Shown piece after piece: positions 1 to 8,700 of a stretch of 64,000 nt of DNA. The stretch comes from Candidatus Levyibacteriota bacterium (GTDB lineage: Bacteria > Patescibacteriota > Microgenomatia > Levybacterales > UBA12049), in assembly GCA_016182425.1 (NCBI GenBank), contig JACPGP010000030.1:11738-75737 (forward strand), written 5' to 3'. The notes beneath the pieces were generated by a model. That model was given only the letters and a program-made list of their open reading frames with translations, did no database searches and was not told where the DNA came from. A program made the position numbers and the translations under genes. Numbering within the stretch: the stretch's first letter is position 1; each line of letters opens with the position of its first letter.

Positions 1-30
1 GAGGTGGAATCCTATTGACACCTTGGGATT

Positions 31-441
31 TTAGTTCTTAAATACCACAACGTGGGTTTTGAGAAAGGTTGTATCAAATGTTTCTAAAAAACCCAATCTT
101 CCAAGTAAAGCAGGAACCTCATTTGTATCGAAAAAGGCAATCGGGACATCTCTTTCAAAGGGTCCAATTCTGGCTTTGATTTTTGATTTACAAAGATATA
201 TACTTTGTTCTCCTCCAATGCCAACCGTTGTGTCTTTCACGCAATCTTGTTCAAATGATATACCTAAATCTTTTGAGAGATACGCTGGCAAGATAGTAAA
301 ATCAGCTCCCGTATCAACTACCATCCATGTATCTGTCCAAATATTCTCTTTTGCAGACTTGAATGAAACTTTGGCTACTGGTCTTTTGACATTGCCAAAA
401 AAACTTTTCCCAACGTTCTCGAAGGAAAATTTTACATCCAT
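31..441 (-). CDS. retropepsin-like (clan AA) aspartic protease, copy 1
   Basis: VVDTGAD catalytic motif (D-T-G-A), GIGG flap-like motif and C-terminal LLGR motif typical of retropepsin fold. Paralogous to 25481..25906. Confidence 0.6.
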   Translation of the reverse strand: MDVKFSFENVGKSFFGNVKRPVAKVSFKSAKENIWTDTWMVVDTGADFTILPAYLSKDLGISFEQDCVKDTTVGIGGEQSIYLCKSKIKARIGPFERDVPIAFFDTNEVPALLGRLGFLETFDTTFLKTHVVVFKN

Positions 442-638
442 AAAATAAGTGAATGGGCTTTGGGGAGATAGGCTACTTCTGGTGTAACATGAGGATATTT
501 TTCCCTAATTTTTTTGAGGATTTCAGAAGCACCCTCTCCAGTTTTTGCGGTATACACACGTCCTGCTGCTAAAATGACATGTTTTCCTCGGTAACGAGGA
601 TTTTTAAATATGTCCATCATAGAGATTTTCGTTTTCAT
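432..638 (-). CDS. small protein (68 aa), conserved upstream partner of retropepsin-like protease
   Basis: Overlaps the downstream protease start by 10 nt. Paralog of 25897..26097 (KHVILAAGRVYTAKTGEGASEILKKI vs KWIAISSNKKAILTSGKSIKEIENKL). True start may be the second or third Met. Confidence 0.45.
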   Translation of the reverse strand: MKTKISMMDIFKNPRYRGKHVILAAGRVYTAKTGEGASEILKKIREKYPHVTPEVAYLPKAHSLILWM

Positions 639-727
639 GGCATCAGTATATACTAATTTTTTATCTCTGTAAACTATTCCAAAAACTTCTTGACACGGGA
701 AGTCATTTGATGCTAACTTAGTAGTAT

Positions 728-997
728 ATGATCGATACTGCCCAGGTGGTTTTACTTTTTGTACTTCTCGTTTTAACGATTCTCGTTTTAGTGTTAGGAA
801 TTCAGGTGTTTTTTATCTTACGAGAATTGCGGCAAACAGTTTCAAAGGCAAATAAGGTACTTGATGATGCAGGAGTAATTACTAAGAGCGTGTCTGGGCC
901 GATAGCAACTATGTCTAGTCTGGCCACGGGTGTTAAAACAGGAGCGCTTATTGCAGGCTTACTTAAACGTAAGAAAAAGGAGAAACACAATGAATAG
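728..997 (+). CDS. small membrane protein, DUF948/YtxG-like
   Basis: N-terminal TM helix, coiled region and basic C-terminus. Directly upstream of and overlapping a YtxH-like gene, as in the Bacillus ytxGH pair. Confidence 0.4.
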   Translation: MIDTAQVVLLFVLLVLTILVLVLGIQVFFILRELRQTVSKANKVLDDAGVITKSVSGPIATMSSLATGVKTGALIAGLLKRKKKEKHNE

Positions 998-1253
998 CAA
1001 TAATAACGGCGGTGGATTTTCTCACGGATTTCTTTTGGGAATAATTATTGGCGGTGGTGTCGTCTTTTTACTGGGAACAAAAAAAGGTAAAAAACTCTTA
1101 AAAACAATTACAGAAGAGGGTTTGGAAGGCATTGCCGAACTGGAAGATCTTGTCGAGGACGAGGCTTTGGAGCAAGAGGATACTCCTCCAGCAGAATCAA
1201 AAAGCGAAGAATCTCCCCGCCGCCTCTTCAAAGGCATTCCCAAAAAGAGTTAA
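990..1253 (+). CDS. YtxH-like membrane protein
   Basis: GFLLGIIIGGGVVFLLG glycine-zipper TM followed by an acidic coiled-coil tail. AGGAG 7 nt upstream of ATG 990. The longer ORF from 930 is rejected. Confidence 0.45.
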   Translation: MNSNNNGGGFSHGFLLGIIIGGGVVFLLGTKKGKKLLKTITEEGLEGIAELEDLVEDEALEQEDTPPAESKSEESPRRLFKGIPKKS

Positions 1254-2206
1254 AGTCCGTATTTGATAATGTTGGCGTCGTGTTCTTCCCGATCTTTCGC
1301 ATAGTGATTGTTTCCTTGTTTGTCTGACAGGTAATAGAGATAGTTAGTTTTTGCTGGATTTGCTGCCGCGTTTAACGCGGCTAGTCCTGGATTGGCAATA
1401 GGGGTTGGTGGAAGGCTAGGGTTTCTATATGTATTGTATGGGGAATTAAAATCAATATCCTCTCTAGTTAATGCTTTTTTCCACCATGATTTTTCCGTTT
1501 GCTGATACCCAAGAGCATATTGAATTGTGGCATCTATATCAAGCTTCATGCCAATGTTTAGTCTATTGGTAATAACTGATGCCACCAGTAATCTATCTTG
1601 ACTGTGTTTTGCTTCGCGTTCAACCAGGGAAGCAATAATGACAATATCATTTTTTGTAAAACCATTTTTTCGTGTTTGAATTTGGACGTATTGTTTTTCG
1701 AAATTGTTTTTCATAATATTAACAATCAAATTAATATCAGCATTTTTGGGAATAAGATAAGTATCTGGAAAAAGATATCCCTCATGTTTTACAAGTTCTT
1801 GCCTCCATGATTCTTGAAAGGAAGGAATTTTTTCTTTTAAGATATCTGCTATTTCTTCTGCTCGTTTTCCTTCGGGGATAGTGACCCATACATCAATGGT
1901 TCCATGTGTTAAATTTTCTGCAATTTCTCTTGTTGTCATAGAAGGTGAGAGACGAAAATCTCCTGCTTGAATTTTGCCATCAAATCCTTCTTTTTTAACT
2001 AGTAAGAAAAAGATGACGGGATCGCTGATGAGGTTTTCTTTTTTTAATTTATTGGCAATTTCTCGTACTCCAGCACCTTTTTCAACCACAAAGATGCGTG
2101 TTTTGGTATCGTTTGGATTTACCGAAGACAACCCGTTTTTCCACCAAAAAGCCAGGGCCGCAAAAGCTAGTATGATAATACCAAACACAATAGTTATTTT
2201 TTTCAT
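1250..2206 (-). CDS. mltG: endolytic murein transglycosylase MltG (YceG-like)
   Basis: N-terminal TM and YceG-like domain architecture, about 318 aa. Confidence 0.8.
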   Translation of the reverse strand: MKKITIVFGIIILAFAALAFWWKNGLSSVNPNDTKTRIFVVEKGAGVREIANKLKKENLISDPVIFFLLVKKEGFDGKIQAGDFRLSPSMTTREIAENLTHGTIDVWVTIPEGKRAEEIADILKEKIPSFQESWRQELVKHEGYLFPDTYLIPKNADINLIVNIMKNNFEKQYVQIQTRKNGFTKNDIVIIASLVEREAKHSQDRLLVASVITNRLNIGMKLDIDATIQYALGYQQTEKSWWKKALTREDIDFNSPYNTYRNPSLPPTPIANPGLAALNAAANPAKTNYLYYLSDKQGNNHYAKDREEHDANIIKYGL

Positions 2207-2212
2207 GTTTCC

Positions 2213-3487
2213 TTATGAGAGCTCAAGAATCGGAAATTGCCGAAGCGAATCTTTTGCCTCCTGCAGATTATACACGGTTTCGCTGTAAAGTGTATAGAGC
2301 AGCTCATCCTTTTTTACCTGCTCGCCAATTTTCTTATGAAAAAAAATGCCGGCTCCTTTTTGCATTGGGCTTCCCAGGATTTTGGCAACCATGGTGATAT
2401 TTTTATTATGAATTTTTTTGACTGTTTTATGATTGGTGGCCCGTTGTTCGTAAGTAAATTTTCCAGCACATAGATCGTCGCTTGTGATATGGGGATTTCC
2501 GCCCTGCTCTTTGATGATCTCGCGCATTTTTTGCCAAGCACCGCCACTTTGTAAAATACGCTCTGCCCAAACAGCGCAGTTTTTGTAGGTTTTTTTAATC
2601 TGCTCTATTTTTGTTTTTGGAGCGTCATTAAGACAAAGCTCAAGAAGATTACTTGCCAGATAAAGACTTTTTTTCTCAAGTTCAAGCGGTCTGTCTGCTT
2701 TTTGCTCCAATACCTTAAGTCCATCTTTTGCTTCAAGCACAGGCCCAACGCCATTTCCAGCAGGCTCTTCAACCGCATTAATCAGCACGCGAATTTTTAT
2801 GCCAAAGCGTTTGGCAAGCTGCTCAAATTTACTCTTGATGATCTCAGCGTCGCTTAACCTATGTACCTTGACAGTTGGGCCATAAGGAAGGTCAATAATA
2901 ACATGCGTTGAACCAAAAGCTACCTTTTTTGCCATAATGGAAACTAAGATTTTATCATAGCTTTCAAAAAGCAGAGGCTCCTCGACTTTAATCATCACAT
3001 CGTCAGCTGGCGCGATACGAAAACTGCCGCCCCACACAATGCACCCTTTAGTTTTTTTCACTATATCGTAAATTTTTTTCTTCTCAAATATCACCGGCGC
3101 CAGTGTTTCCATGGTATCTGCTGTGCCACTGGGCGTAGTGATGGCGCGGGACGAGCTTTTGGGAATAGTAAAACCGGCTGCTGCTACAATAGGTACCACA
3201 ATCAGCGTGGTGCGTGTTCCCGGCATGCCTCCTATTGAATGCTTGTCCGCAACTAAGCCACGAAACTTTAGTTTTTGCCCTGTTTCTACCATAGCTTTGG
3301 TCAAAAAATATATTTCGTCATTTGTAAAACCCTTGGCATATCCGGACGCGGCAAAATAAGTAGTTAAAATATCACCTAATCTATTCCTGGCGATTTCATC
3401 CATAATCGCGTAGATTTCTTGGTAGGTAAGTTTTTTTCCGACCAGTTTTTTTCTAATCGCATCGATGGCAATTTCTTTTTCGTCCAT
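2213..3487 (-). CDS. thymidine/pyrimidine-nucleoside phosphorylase family protein (possible AMP phosphorylase)
   Basis: Glycosyltransferase family 3 motifs HSIGGMPGTRTT and TPSGTADTMETLA. Start set at internal Met (MDEKEIAIDA) because the longer ORF overlaps the upstream sortase gene. Confidence 0.75.
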   Translation of the reverse strand: MDEKEIAIDAIRKKLVGKKLTYQEIYAIMDEIARNRLGDILTTYFAASGYAKGFTNDEIYFLTKAMVETGQKLKFRGLVADKHSIGGMPGTRTTLIVVPIVAAAGFTIPKSSSRAITTPSGTADTMETLAPVIFEKKKIYDIVKKTKGCIVWGGSFRIAPADDVMIKVEEPLLFESYDKILVSIMAKKVAFGSTHVIIDLPYGPTVKVHRLSDAEIIKSKFEQLAKRFGIKIRVLINAVEEPAGNGVGPVLEAKDGLKVLEQKADRPLELEKKSLYLASNLLELCLNDAPKTKIEQIKKTYKNCAVWAERILQSGGAWQKMREIIKEQGGNPHITSDDLCAGKFTYEQRATNHKTVKKIHNKNITMVAKILGSPMQKGAGIFFHKKIGEQVKKDELLYTLYSETVYNLQEAKDSLRQFPILELS

Positions 3488-3497
3488 AATGATTAAG

Positions 3498-4235
3498 TTA
3501 AATCGGCACCAGCCTTCCTCTGATAATGAGTCGTTTCCAAGTGGTGCCGGGAGGGGTACAAGTAACCAGGGTAAGATACGAACCATCAAAATTTTGCGAA
3601 AAAACAGATGTGTCGGTAGGATCAACCACAAAAATGGTTTTTACCTTGTATCGATACGAGACACCCTCCAAAGTGGCGATAATCTCGTCATTTATTCTTA
3701 GTTTATAGGCATTTGCAAAAATCGTGGCGTAGTCGTTGGGATTAAAAAGTTGAGGAAGTGTGGAGTGTCCAAAGATAACCGCATTGCCGTTTTGAGGAGG
3801 CAGGCTTGTTCCCGGGTAGTGTACTAGATGATGGTTCAAATCATAATCGGTTGTTGAGACTATAGCTTCTTTAATTCCCAAGGCGGGGATAGATAAATTA
3901 TACCGCTCTACTTTTATGGCTGATTGGTTACTTTCTTTATTTTGATAGGAAGGAAACCAGTTTTGGGCATCTTTGTAATCAACGCCGTTTGCCATTTGCG
4001 ATGCCCAAAACTTAAGGCTTTTAATAGTTTCTTCGGTGACTATGGTGGTTTTTGGAATTGGCGCGGTAATATCTTGCGAGGCAAATACCGGATCAAAATA
4101 AATGTGCCAGGAAAAAAGAGGAAACGATACGTAGCCTGCCATGCTTATTCCCAAGATAACAAGCACCAGCGCTAAGATGCGAAAGAGGAAGCGGCGATTT
4201 GCGCCCCCACCCCTTTTATAATAGTAGGCAGTCAT
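3498..4235 (-). CDS. sortase family transpeptidase
   Basis: N-terminal TM, His motif VIFGHS, catalytic TLVTCTP (TLxTC) motif and a conserved Arg near the C-terminus. Confidence 0.7.
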   Translation of the reverse strand: MTAYYYKRGGGANRRFLFRILALVLVILGISMAGYVSFPLFSWHIYFDPVFASQDITAPIPKTTIVTEETIKSLKFWASQMANGVDYKDAQNWFPSYQNKESNQSAIKVERYNLSIPALGIKEAIVSTTDYDLNHHLVHYPGTSLPPQNGNAVIFGHSTLPQLFNPNDYATIFANAYKLRINDEIIATLEGVSYRYKVKTIFVVDPTDTSVFSQNFDGSYLTLVTCTPPGTTWKRLIIRGRLVPI

Positions 4236-6397
4236 TCTTTTTCAACGATAATAGTTATATTACGCGATAGTTTAGGAAGAAGTTTTGGCAGAAGTGGGAG
4301 ATTCGGCGAAAGTTTTATCCGCGCGCTGACGACCTGGGGCAGCCTTTTAAGCGTGTTTTGGGCATCGTCGAAAGATTTCCCCTCGACTTGTTTTCCGATT
4401 TTTTCCTTCTCAAATTTAGGCAATAAAAATGTTTGTGCTCGGATAATACCTGTTGCCTCACCGTCATTTTTCTTCTGCTCGTTTTCCACCTGATAGGAAA
4501 TGTCATCTAACACGCCCAAGCGGTTACCCTTTTCTTTTAAGAGATCTTTGGCCAGCTTCCTAAGATCGTTCTCTTGGTAGGAAAGATTCTCGTAGGTGAC
4601 GCTTCCTGCAAGAGTAAATGATTTTGCCTCTTCGTCTATTTTATTGCTGATATTTTTTTGAGAAAACTTGGCATTGGTAATAAGAGGAAAAAGTTTGGTT
4701 TTAGAGTCAATTTTTCCCTCCAGATCTTTTTTGGCTTTTTCCTCAAGCTGTTTTGTTAGTTCAGACACGGCATCCTCAACGTCTTTTTTGGAAACAACGC
4801 TGACTTCCTTTTTTGTTCCACCCGAAAATGCCTCTTCATTTTTCGCTTCTACCGATGCGGCATTAAACGAGGATAGAGTAAATTTGACGCCCGATGGTAA
4901 ATTAAACTCCTTGCCAATATCTTTAGCAATAACCGCCGCTTTGACAGTTTTTTGTCCATCGCTGGCGCCTGATACAGATGCCACTTTCACTGTCTGATCC
5001 AACAGAAACTCCAGTTTGTTGGTGGCTGTCAGCACGGTTCCTTTAGAAAATGTTTGTTCATTTGTCAGGTTGCTGTAAATTGTGATATTACCTTTGGCTT
5101 TTTCTCCTAAGTCTTTTTTGCCTGTGGCAGGTTTTGTTATTTTTCCTTCTTCCTCAACGTTCACTATTTGCGCGGCAATAATCTTTTTCCCCACATCTGT
5201 TGGGGTGACACTTGAAAATGTCACAGCCTGTTTTTGCTCGATGACTTCGGGTTTAACGACCAAGGTGATAGTTGCTTTAAGGAAGAAAACGTAAGAAAGA
5301 AGAATAACAATAGCCAGAAAAACTAGAGCGGGAGGTATAAAAAGAAGGATTTTTTTCCTTGGCGGCTGGTCATAAGACCTGGTAAAGGTGGGGAATCGGA
5401 GCAAGCGGACAGCCGCGAATATTTTTTTTGCGGCAGAAAAAACCATTTTCCAAATTGTCGTAATCAGTTTTTGATGTTGTTTGGTAGCGTAGTGAATTTT
5501 GAGAGAGTCTGCTTTACCAGATGTTTTTTTAATATCTTCTTCTTTAATAAAACCAAATTCTTCTTCTTTTTCTTCTTCTTGTGGTTGTGGTGTGGGCGCG
5601 TTTTCTTCTGTAGAGAGTTCTTCTTCGGTGGCATTTTTTTCCTGGGGCAGCATCTCCAGTCCCATCTGTGATGCCGCTCCAAAAAGGATTGCTCTAATGT
5701 CAAAACCCTTTGGTAAAAGTGTAATCTGCGGGACGTGGAGAAATGGAAGACTTTTGCTCCAGGAGTGTCCAATAAATGTTTGCGAAAGTGTTTCGTTATC
5801 ATCTTTATCTGATAGAACGATAATTCTTGATGGGAGCACTTCGTAGCTGGTAAAGTGATGCAGTAGGCGGTCGGTAATTTTGGCTGCATCATCCTCTATT
5901 TTTGTCCGTTTTGCTTCAATGATTCTTCCCGCGCGAAGGAGCGAAACAATAATGTTTTTTTGCCCGATTTCCACTAGGATTCCCGAAACCGGCGCGCCCT
6001 CTTCTTGCTGAAGAAGGTGCGCAATCGCCTCGTTAATTATTAAAAAGCCTATGGGGATAAGACCAAGGGCATCGCTGGTTTTTTTTAATTTTATCAAGTA
6101 TTCTTTTTTGATTTTTGTTTCTTCTACCCAGTTTTCTTTTATACCAAAAATTGTTTCTTGGGTTTCGATGCCCTCTGGTAAGGCGCTTTCTGCCCCAGAG
6201 ATAGCTTTGTCCAAGACCTCCAGCCACTCCTCTAGGGTAGCCGTTTCCAGATTATTGACGTATGCTTCTTTTTTCCCGATAATCCGTACTACGCCGGTGA
6301 TTTTCTCAAAAATTACAGCCGTGACTTTTTCGTCCCGCAAGAGGAGGGTTAAAAAATATTCTTTTTCTTCTTTTTTCCTCAAAAAAGGCAAATTCAT
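4232..6397 (-). CDS. membrane protein with N-terminal FtsA/PilM-like actin-fold domain and large Lys/Thr/Glu-rich extracytoplasmic region
   Basis: Segments resembling actin-like ATPase phosphate/adenosine motifs (GILVEIGQKNIIVSLLRAGRI, LGLIPIGFLIINEAIAHLL). Acidic low-complexity linker and one TM (LLFIPPALVFLAIVILLSYVFFL). Four-nt overlap with the sortase gene. Confidence 0.35.
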   Translation of the reverse strand: MNLPFLRKKEEKEYFLTLLLRDEKVTAVIFEKITGVVRIIGKKEAYVNNLETATLEEWLEVLDKAISGAESALPEGIETQETIFGIKENWVEETKIKKEYLIKLKKTSDALGLIPIGFLIINEAIAHLLQQEEGAPVSGILVEIGQKNIIVSLLRAGRIIEAKRTKIEDDAAKITDRLLHHFTSYEVLPSRIIVLSDKDDNETLSQTFIGHSWSKSLPFLHVPQITLLPKGFDIRAILFGAASQMGLEMLPQEKNATEEELSTEENAPTPQPQEEEKEEEFGFIKEEDIKKTSGKADSLKIHYATKQHQKLITTIWKMVFSAAKKIFAAVRLLRFPTFTRSYDQPPRKKILLFIPPALVFLAIVILLSYVFFLKATITLVVKPEVIEQKQAVTFSSVTPTDVGKKIIAAQIVNVEEEGKITKPATGKKDLGEKAKGNITIYSNLTNEQTFSKGTVLTATNKLEFLLDQTVKVASVSGASDGQKTVKAAVIAKDIGKEFNLPSGVKFTLSSFNAASVEAKNEEAFSGGTKKEVSVVSKKDVEDAVSELTKQLEEKAKKDLEGKIDSKTKLFPLITNAKFSQKNISNKIDEEAKSFTLAGSVTYENLSYQENDLRKLAKDLLKEKGNRLGVLDDISYQVENEQKKNDGEATGIIRAQTFLLPKFEKEKIGKQVEGKSFDDAQNTLKRLPQVVSARIKLSPNLPLLPKLLPKLSRNITIIVEKE

Positions 6398-6398
6398 A

Positions 6399-8195
6399 TT
6401 ACCCCACCATTGCGTATAGCCGCCTCTGTCCGTGTCCGATATTTTCTTGCTTTATTATTCTAACCTGTTTTAGCTTCGTTGTAAAATCAACGTGCGGTCC
6501 TCCGCAAAATTCGGCCGAGTATGGCTTTTTATTTCCTATAAAATAGACTTTCACGTTGTCTTGATACTTTTCGTCAAAGAGTCCGATTGCCCCTAAGTTT
6601 TTTGCTTCTGTAAGCGGCATGATTTCAAAATGTACCGGCAGGTTTTCTTTTATTTTTTCATTCACAATATCCTCAACACGTCTTAATTGTTCATCGGTCA
6701 ATTTTTTATCATAATTGAAGTCAAAACGAAGCCTCTCCGTTGTAATATTTGAACCTGTTTGGTGGATTTTACTACCAAGCACATCACGGATAGCCTGATG
6801 CAAAAGATGAGTTGCCGTATGCCCCATAATTGTTTTTTCGCTATGGTCTGCTAAGCCCCCAGCAAATTTCTTATTAGCTCCAGCTCTTGAAATATTTTGA
6901 TGTTCTTTCATTTTCTCTGCAAATTCTTGTTCATTAAATAGAAGTCCCAAGCTTTTTATTTGGGTCGGGGAAAGTCCATGAGTTGTATAGATTTCAAATG
7001 CATCTCTAGCTGATATCTCAATTTGGCCTTTCAATTCATCGCCAGTTTTTTTGTATCTACTTTTTATAAATTGTGTGACATCAATTAATAACTTAGTATA
7101 TTTTTGTAATTCCTCATAGAGAGTATTTTTTATGAATTCATAATTTTCGATTAGCTGAGGGTCTGTTTCTTTATATGTTCCAATGATTGAGTCAAGAATT
7201 GAGTAGATGTTATCACTTCCTAGATTATCAGAAGCGCGTCTTATTAAACGTCTTAAAATATATCCTTGTTCTTTATTGGAAGGCGTAACGCCGTTTGCAA
7301 TCATAAAGGCAGCCGAGATAAAATGGTCGGCAATAATACGCATTTCTTTTGCATGGGTTGTATACTTTTTGGCAGTTTGTATTTCGATGGCTTTTATTAT
7401 TGGATTAAACAAACTTGTTTGGAAGATATCTTGTTTGTTTTCAACGGCAGCCAAAAGTCTTTCTAACCCTCCTCCAAAATCTACATTCTTTTTTGAAAGT
7501 GGTTTTAAGCTGTCGTCAGTTGACTTTTTATATTCCATAAAAACGCTATTGCAAATTTCAATATATCTTCCACAATCACAATTAAGATGACATTTTTTTC
7601 CAAATCTTGTGTCATGCGGCGTTTGAAAATCAAAAAAAACTTCGCTGCTTGGTCCTCCAGGTTCGTTTACAGGCATTTTATCTGGTGTACCCGCACGTGA
7701 CCACCAATTTTTATCAGCACCATAGTAAAAAATTCTTCCTTTTGGATCTATGTTATTTTCCTTAAAAATTTCTTCCCAAATTTTTACCGACTCATTATCT
7801 TTTTGTATTTCTTTATATCCATCAAAAACAGTTATGTACAATTTTTCCTTTGGAAGTCCCAAATCTTTTGTTAGGAACTCATACATCCAAGGGAGTTGTT
7901 CTTTTTTAAAATAACCACCTAAAGACCAATTGCCCAGCATGCGAAAAAATGTAGTGTGGCGATTGTCGCCAATTTCATCAATATCTTGTGCCCGAAAGCA
8001 ATTTTGGACGTTAACCAATCGTTTTCCCTGCGGGTGTTCCTCACCTAAAAGGTAGGGAACAAGAGGCTGCATACCAGAGCTGGTAAAAAGAGTCGTTGGA
8101 TCGTTTTCGGGAACGAGAGAAGCGTTGGGGATTTGTTTGTGTTTTTTATCCTTAAAAAAAGATATATATAAATCAACAATATTTTTAGCTGTCAT
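6399..8195 (-). CDS. alaS: alanine--tRNA ligase, short form lacking C-terminal C-Ala domain
   Basis: Class II AlaRS catalytic core (FTSSGMQPLVPY, FRMLGNWSLGGYFK) plus editing-domain HxxxH and CGGPHV motifs. Only 598 aa. Confidence 0.85.
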   Translation of the reverse strand: MTAKNIVDLYISFFKDKKHKQIPNASLVPENDPTTLFTSSGMQPLVPYLLGEEHPQGKRLVNVQNCFRAQDIDEIGDNRHTTFFRMLGNWSLGGYFKKEQLPWMYEFLTKDLGLPKEKLYITVFDGYKEIQKDNESVKIWEEIFKENNIDPKGRIFYYGADKNWWSRAGTPDKMPVNEPGGPSSEVFFDFQTPHDTRFGKKCHLNCDCGRYIEICNSVFMEYKKSTDDSLKPLSKKNVDFGGGLERLLAAVENKQDIFQTSLFNPIIKAIEIQTAKKYTTHAKEMRIIADHFISAAFMIANGVTPSNKEQGYILRRLIRRASDNLGSDNIYSILDSIIGTYKETDPQLIENYEFIKNTLYEELQKYTKLLIDVTQFIKSRYKKTGDELKGQIEISARDAFEIYTTHGLSPTQIKSLGLLFNEQEFAEKMKEHQNISRAGANKKFAGGLADHSEKTIMGHTATHLLHQAIRDVLGSKIHQTGSNITTERLRFDFNYDKKLTDEQLRRVEDIVNEKIKENLPVHFEIMPLTEAKNLGAIGLFDEKYQDNVKVYFIGNKKPYSAEFCGGPHVDFTTKLKQVRIIKQENIGHGQRRLYAMVG

Positions 8196-8290
8196 TCCAG
8201 ATTCTATTATAGCACGAAGCTTCTGTACTAGAGAGTATCTTGTATTTTTTATCTCTCTTGCCTTATAATCCAGTTAGATAGAAAGAACCT

Positions 8291-8476
8291 ATGAATCTCC
8301 AAACAAAATTCCTCCAAATATATGCTAATTTGCCCCTCAATCAAAGAGCAGAGATTGTAGTGGTTGTTGATAACGAGCCACTCACTTGGAATGCAGCAAG
8401 AATTGAAATTGAAAATAATACTGATAAAGGGCAAGAAATTTTAGAAAAATTAGTTACATTAGGGATTATAAAGTGA
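8291..8476 (+). CDS. hypothetical small protein (61 aa), first gene of low-GC island operon
   Basis: ORF with GTGA overlap to the next gene. Low GC relative to flanks. No recognisable motif. Confidence 0.3.
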   Translation: MNLQTKFLQIYANLPLNQRAEIVVVVDNEPLTWNAARIEIENNTDKGQEILEKLVTLGIIK

Positions 8477-8700
8477 GTAAGAATAATAAACAAATACAAG
8501 AGGATATTAAGAATCTCGTATTGGCACGAATTATGGCTGCTTCTGATGATTTAAGAATTGCAATTGGTTCAATAGAGTATACAAAAACGGAAATAATAAA
8601 AAATGTAAAAATAGGAAATGAAGTTGGTAAAGAAATAATGGAAATACAAATGGAGTATTTGCGGGATATGGCATCAGGGGCAATTTATCAATCCTCCTAA
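8473..8700 (+). CDS. hypothetical small protein (75 aa)
   Basis: GTG start overlapping the upstream stop. Its stop is immediately followed by the ATG of the next gene. Confidence 0.3.
   Translation: MSKNNKQIQEDIKNLVLARIMAASDDLRIAIGSIEYTKTEIIKNVKIGNEVGKEIMEIQMEYLRDMASGAIYQSS

Noticed and set aside
59-448. 129-aa plus-strand ORF antisense to the retropepsin-like gene
   Set aside because: Completely overlaps 31..441 on the opposite strand. Low-complexity translation with no motif. The protease frame has the conserved catalytic block.
2213-3631. Long 472-aa form of the nucleoside phosphorylase ORF
   Set aside because: The N-terminal 48 codons overlap the upstream sortase gene and translate to a hydrophobic, non-homologous segment. 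The internal Met (MDEKEIAID) matches the family N-terminus and leaves a 10-nt intergenic gap.
5464-5892. 142-aa minus-strand ORF with a poly-Lys run (and plus-strand ORFs 5471..5846)
   Set aside because: These are alternative-frame or antisense readings of the GAA/CTT-rich low-complexity linker inside the 721-aa membrane protein gene. The poly-K is an artefact of reading the Glu-rich tract out of frame.
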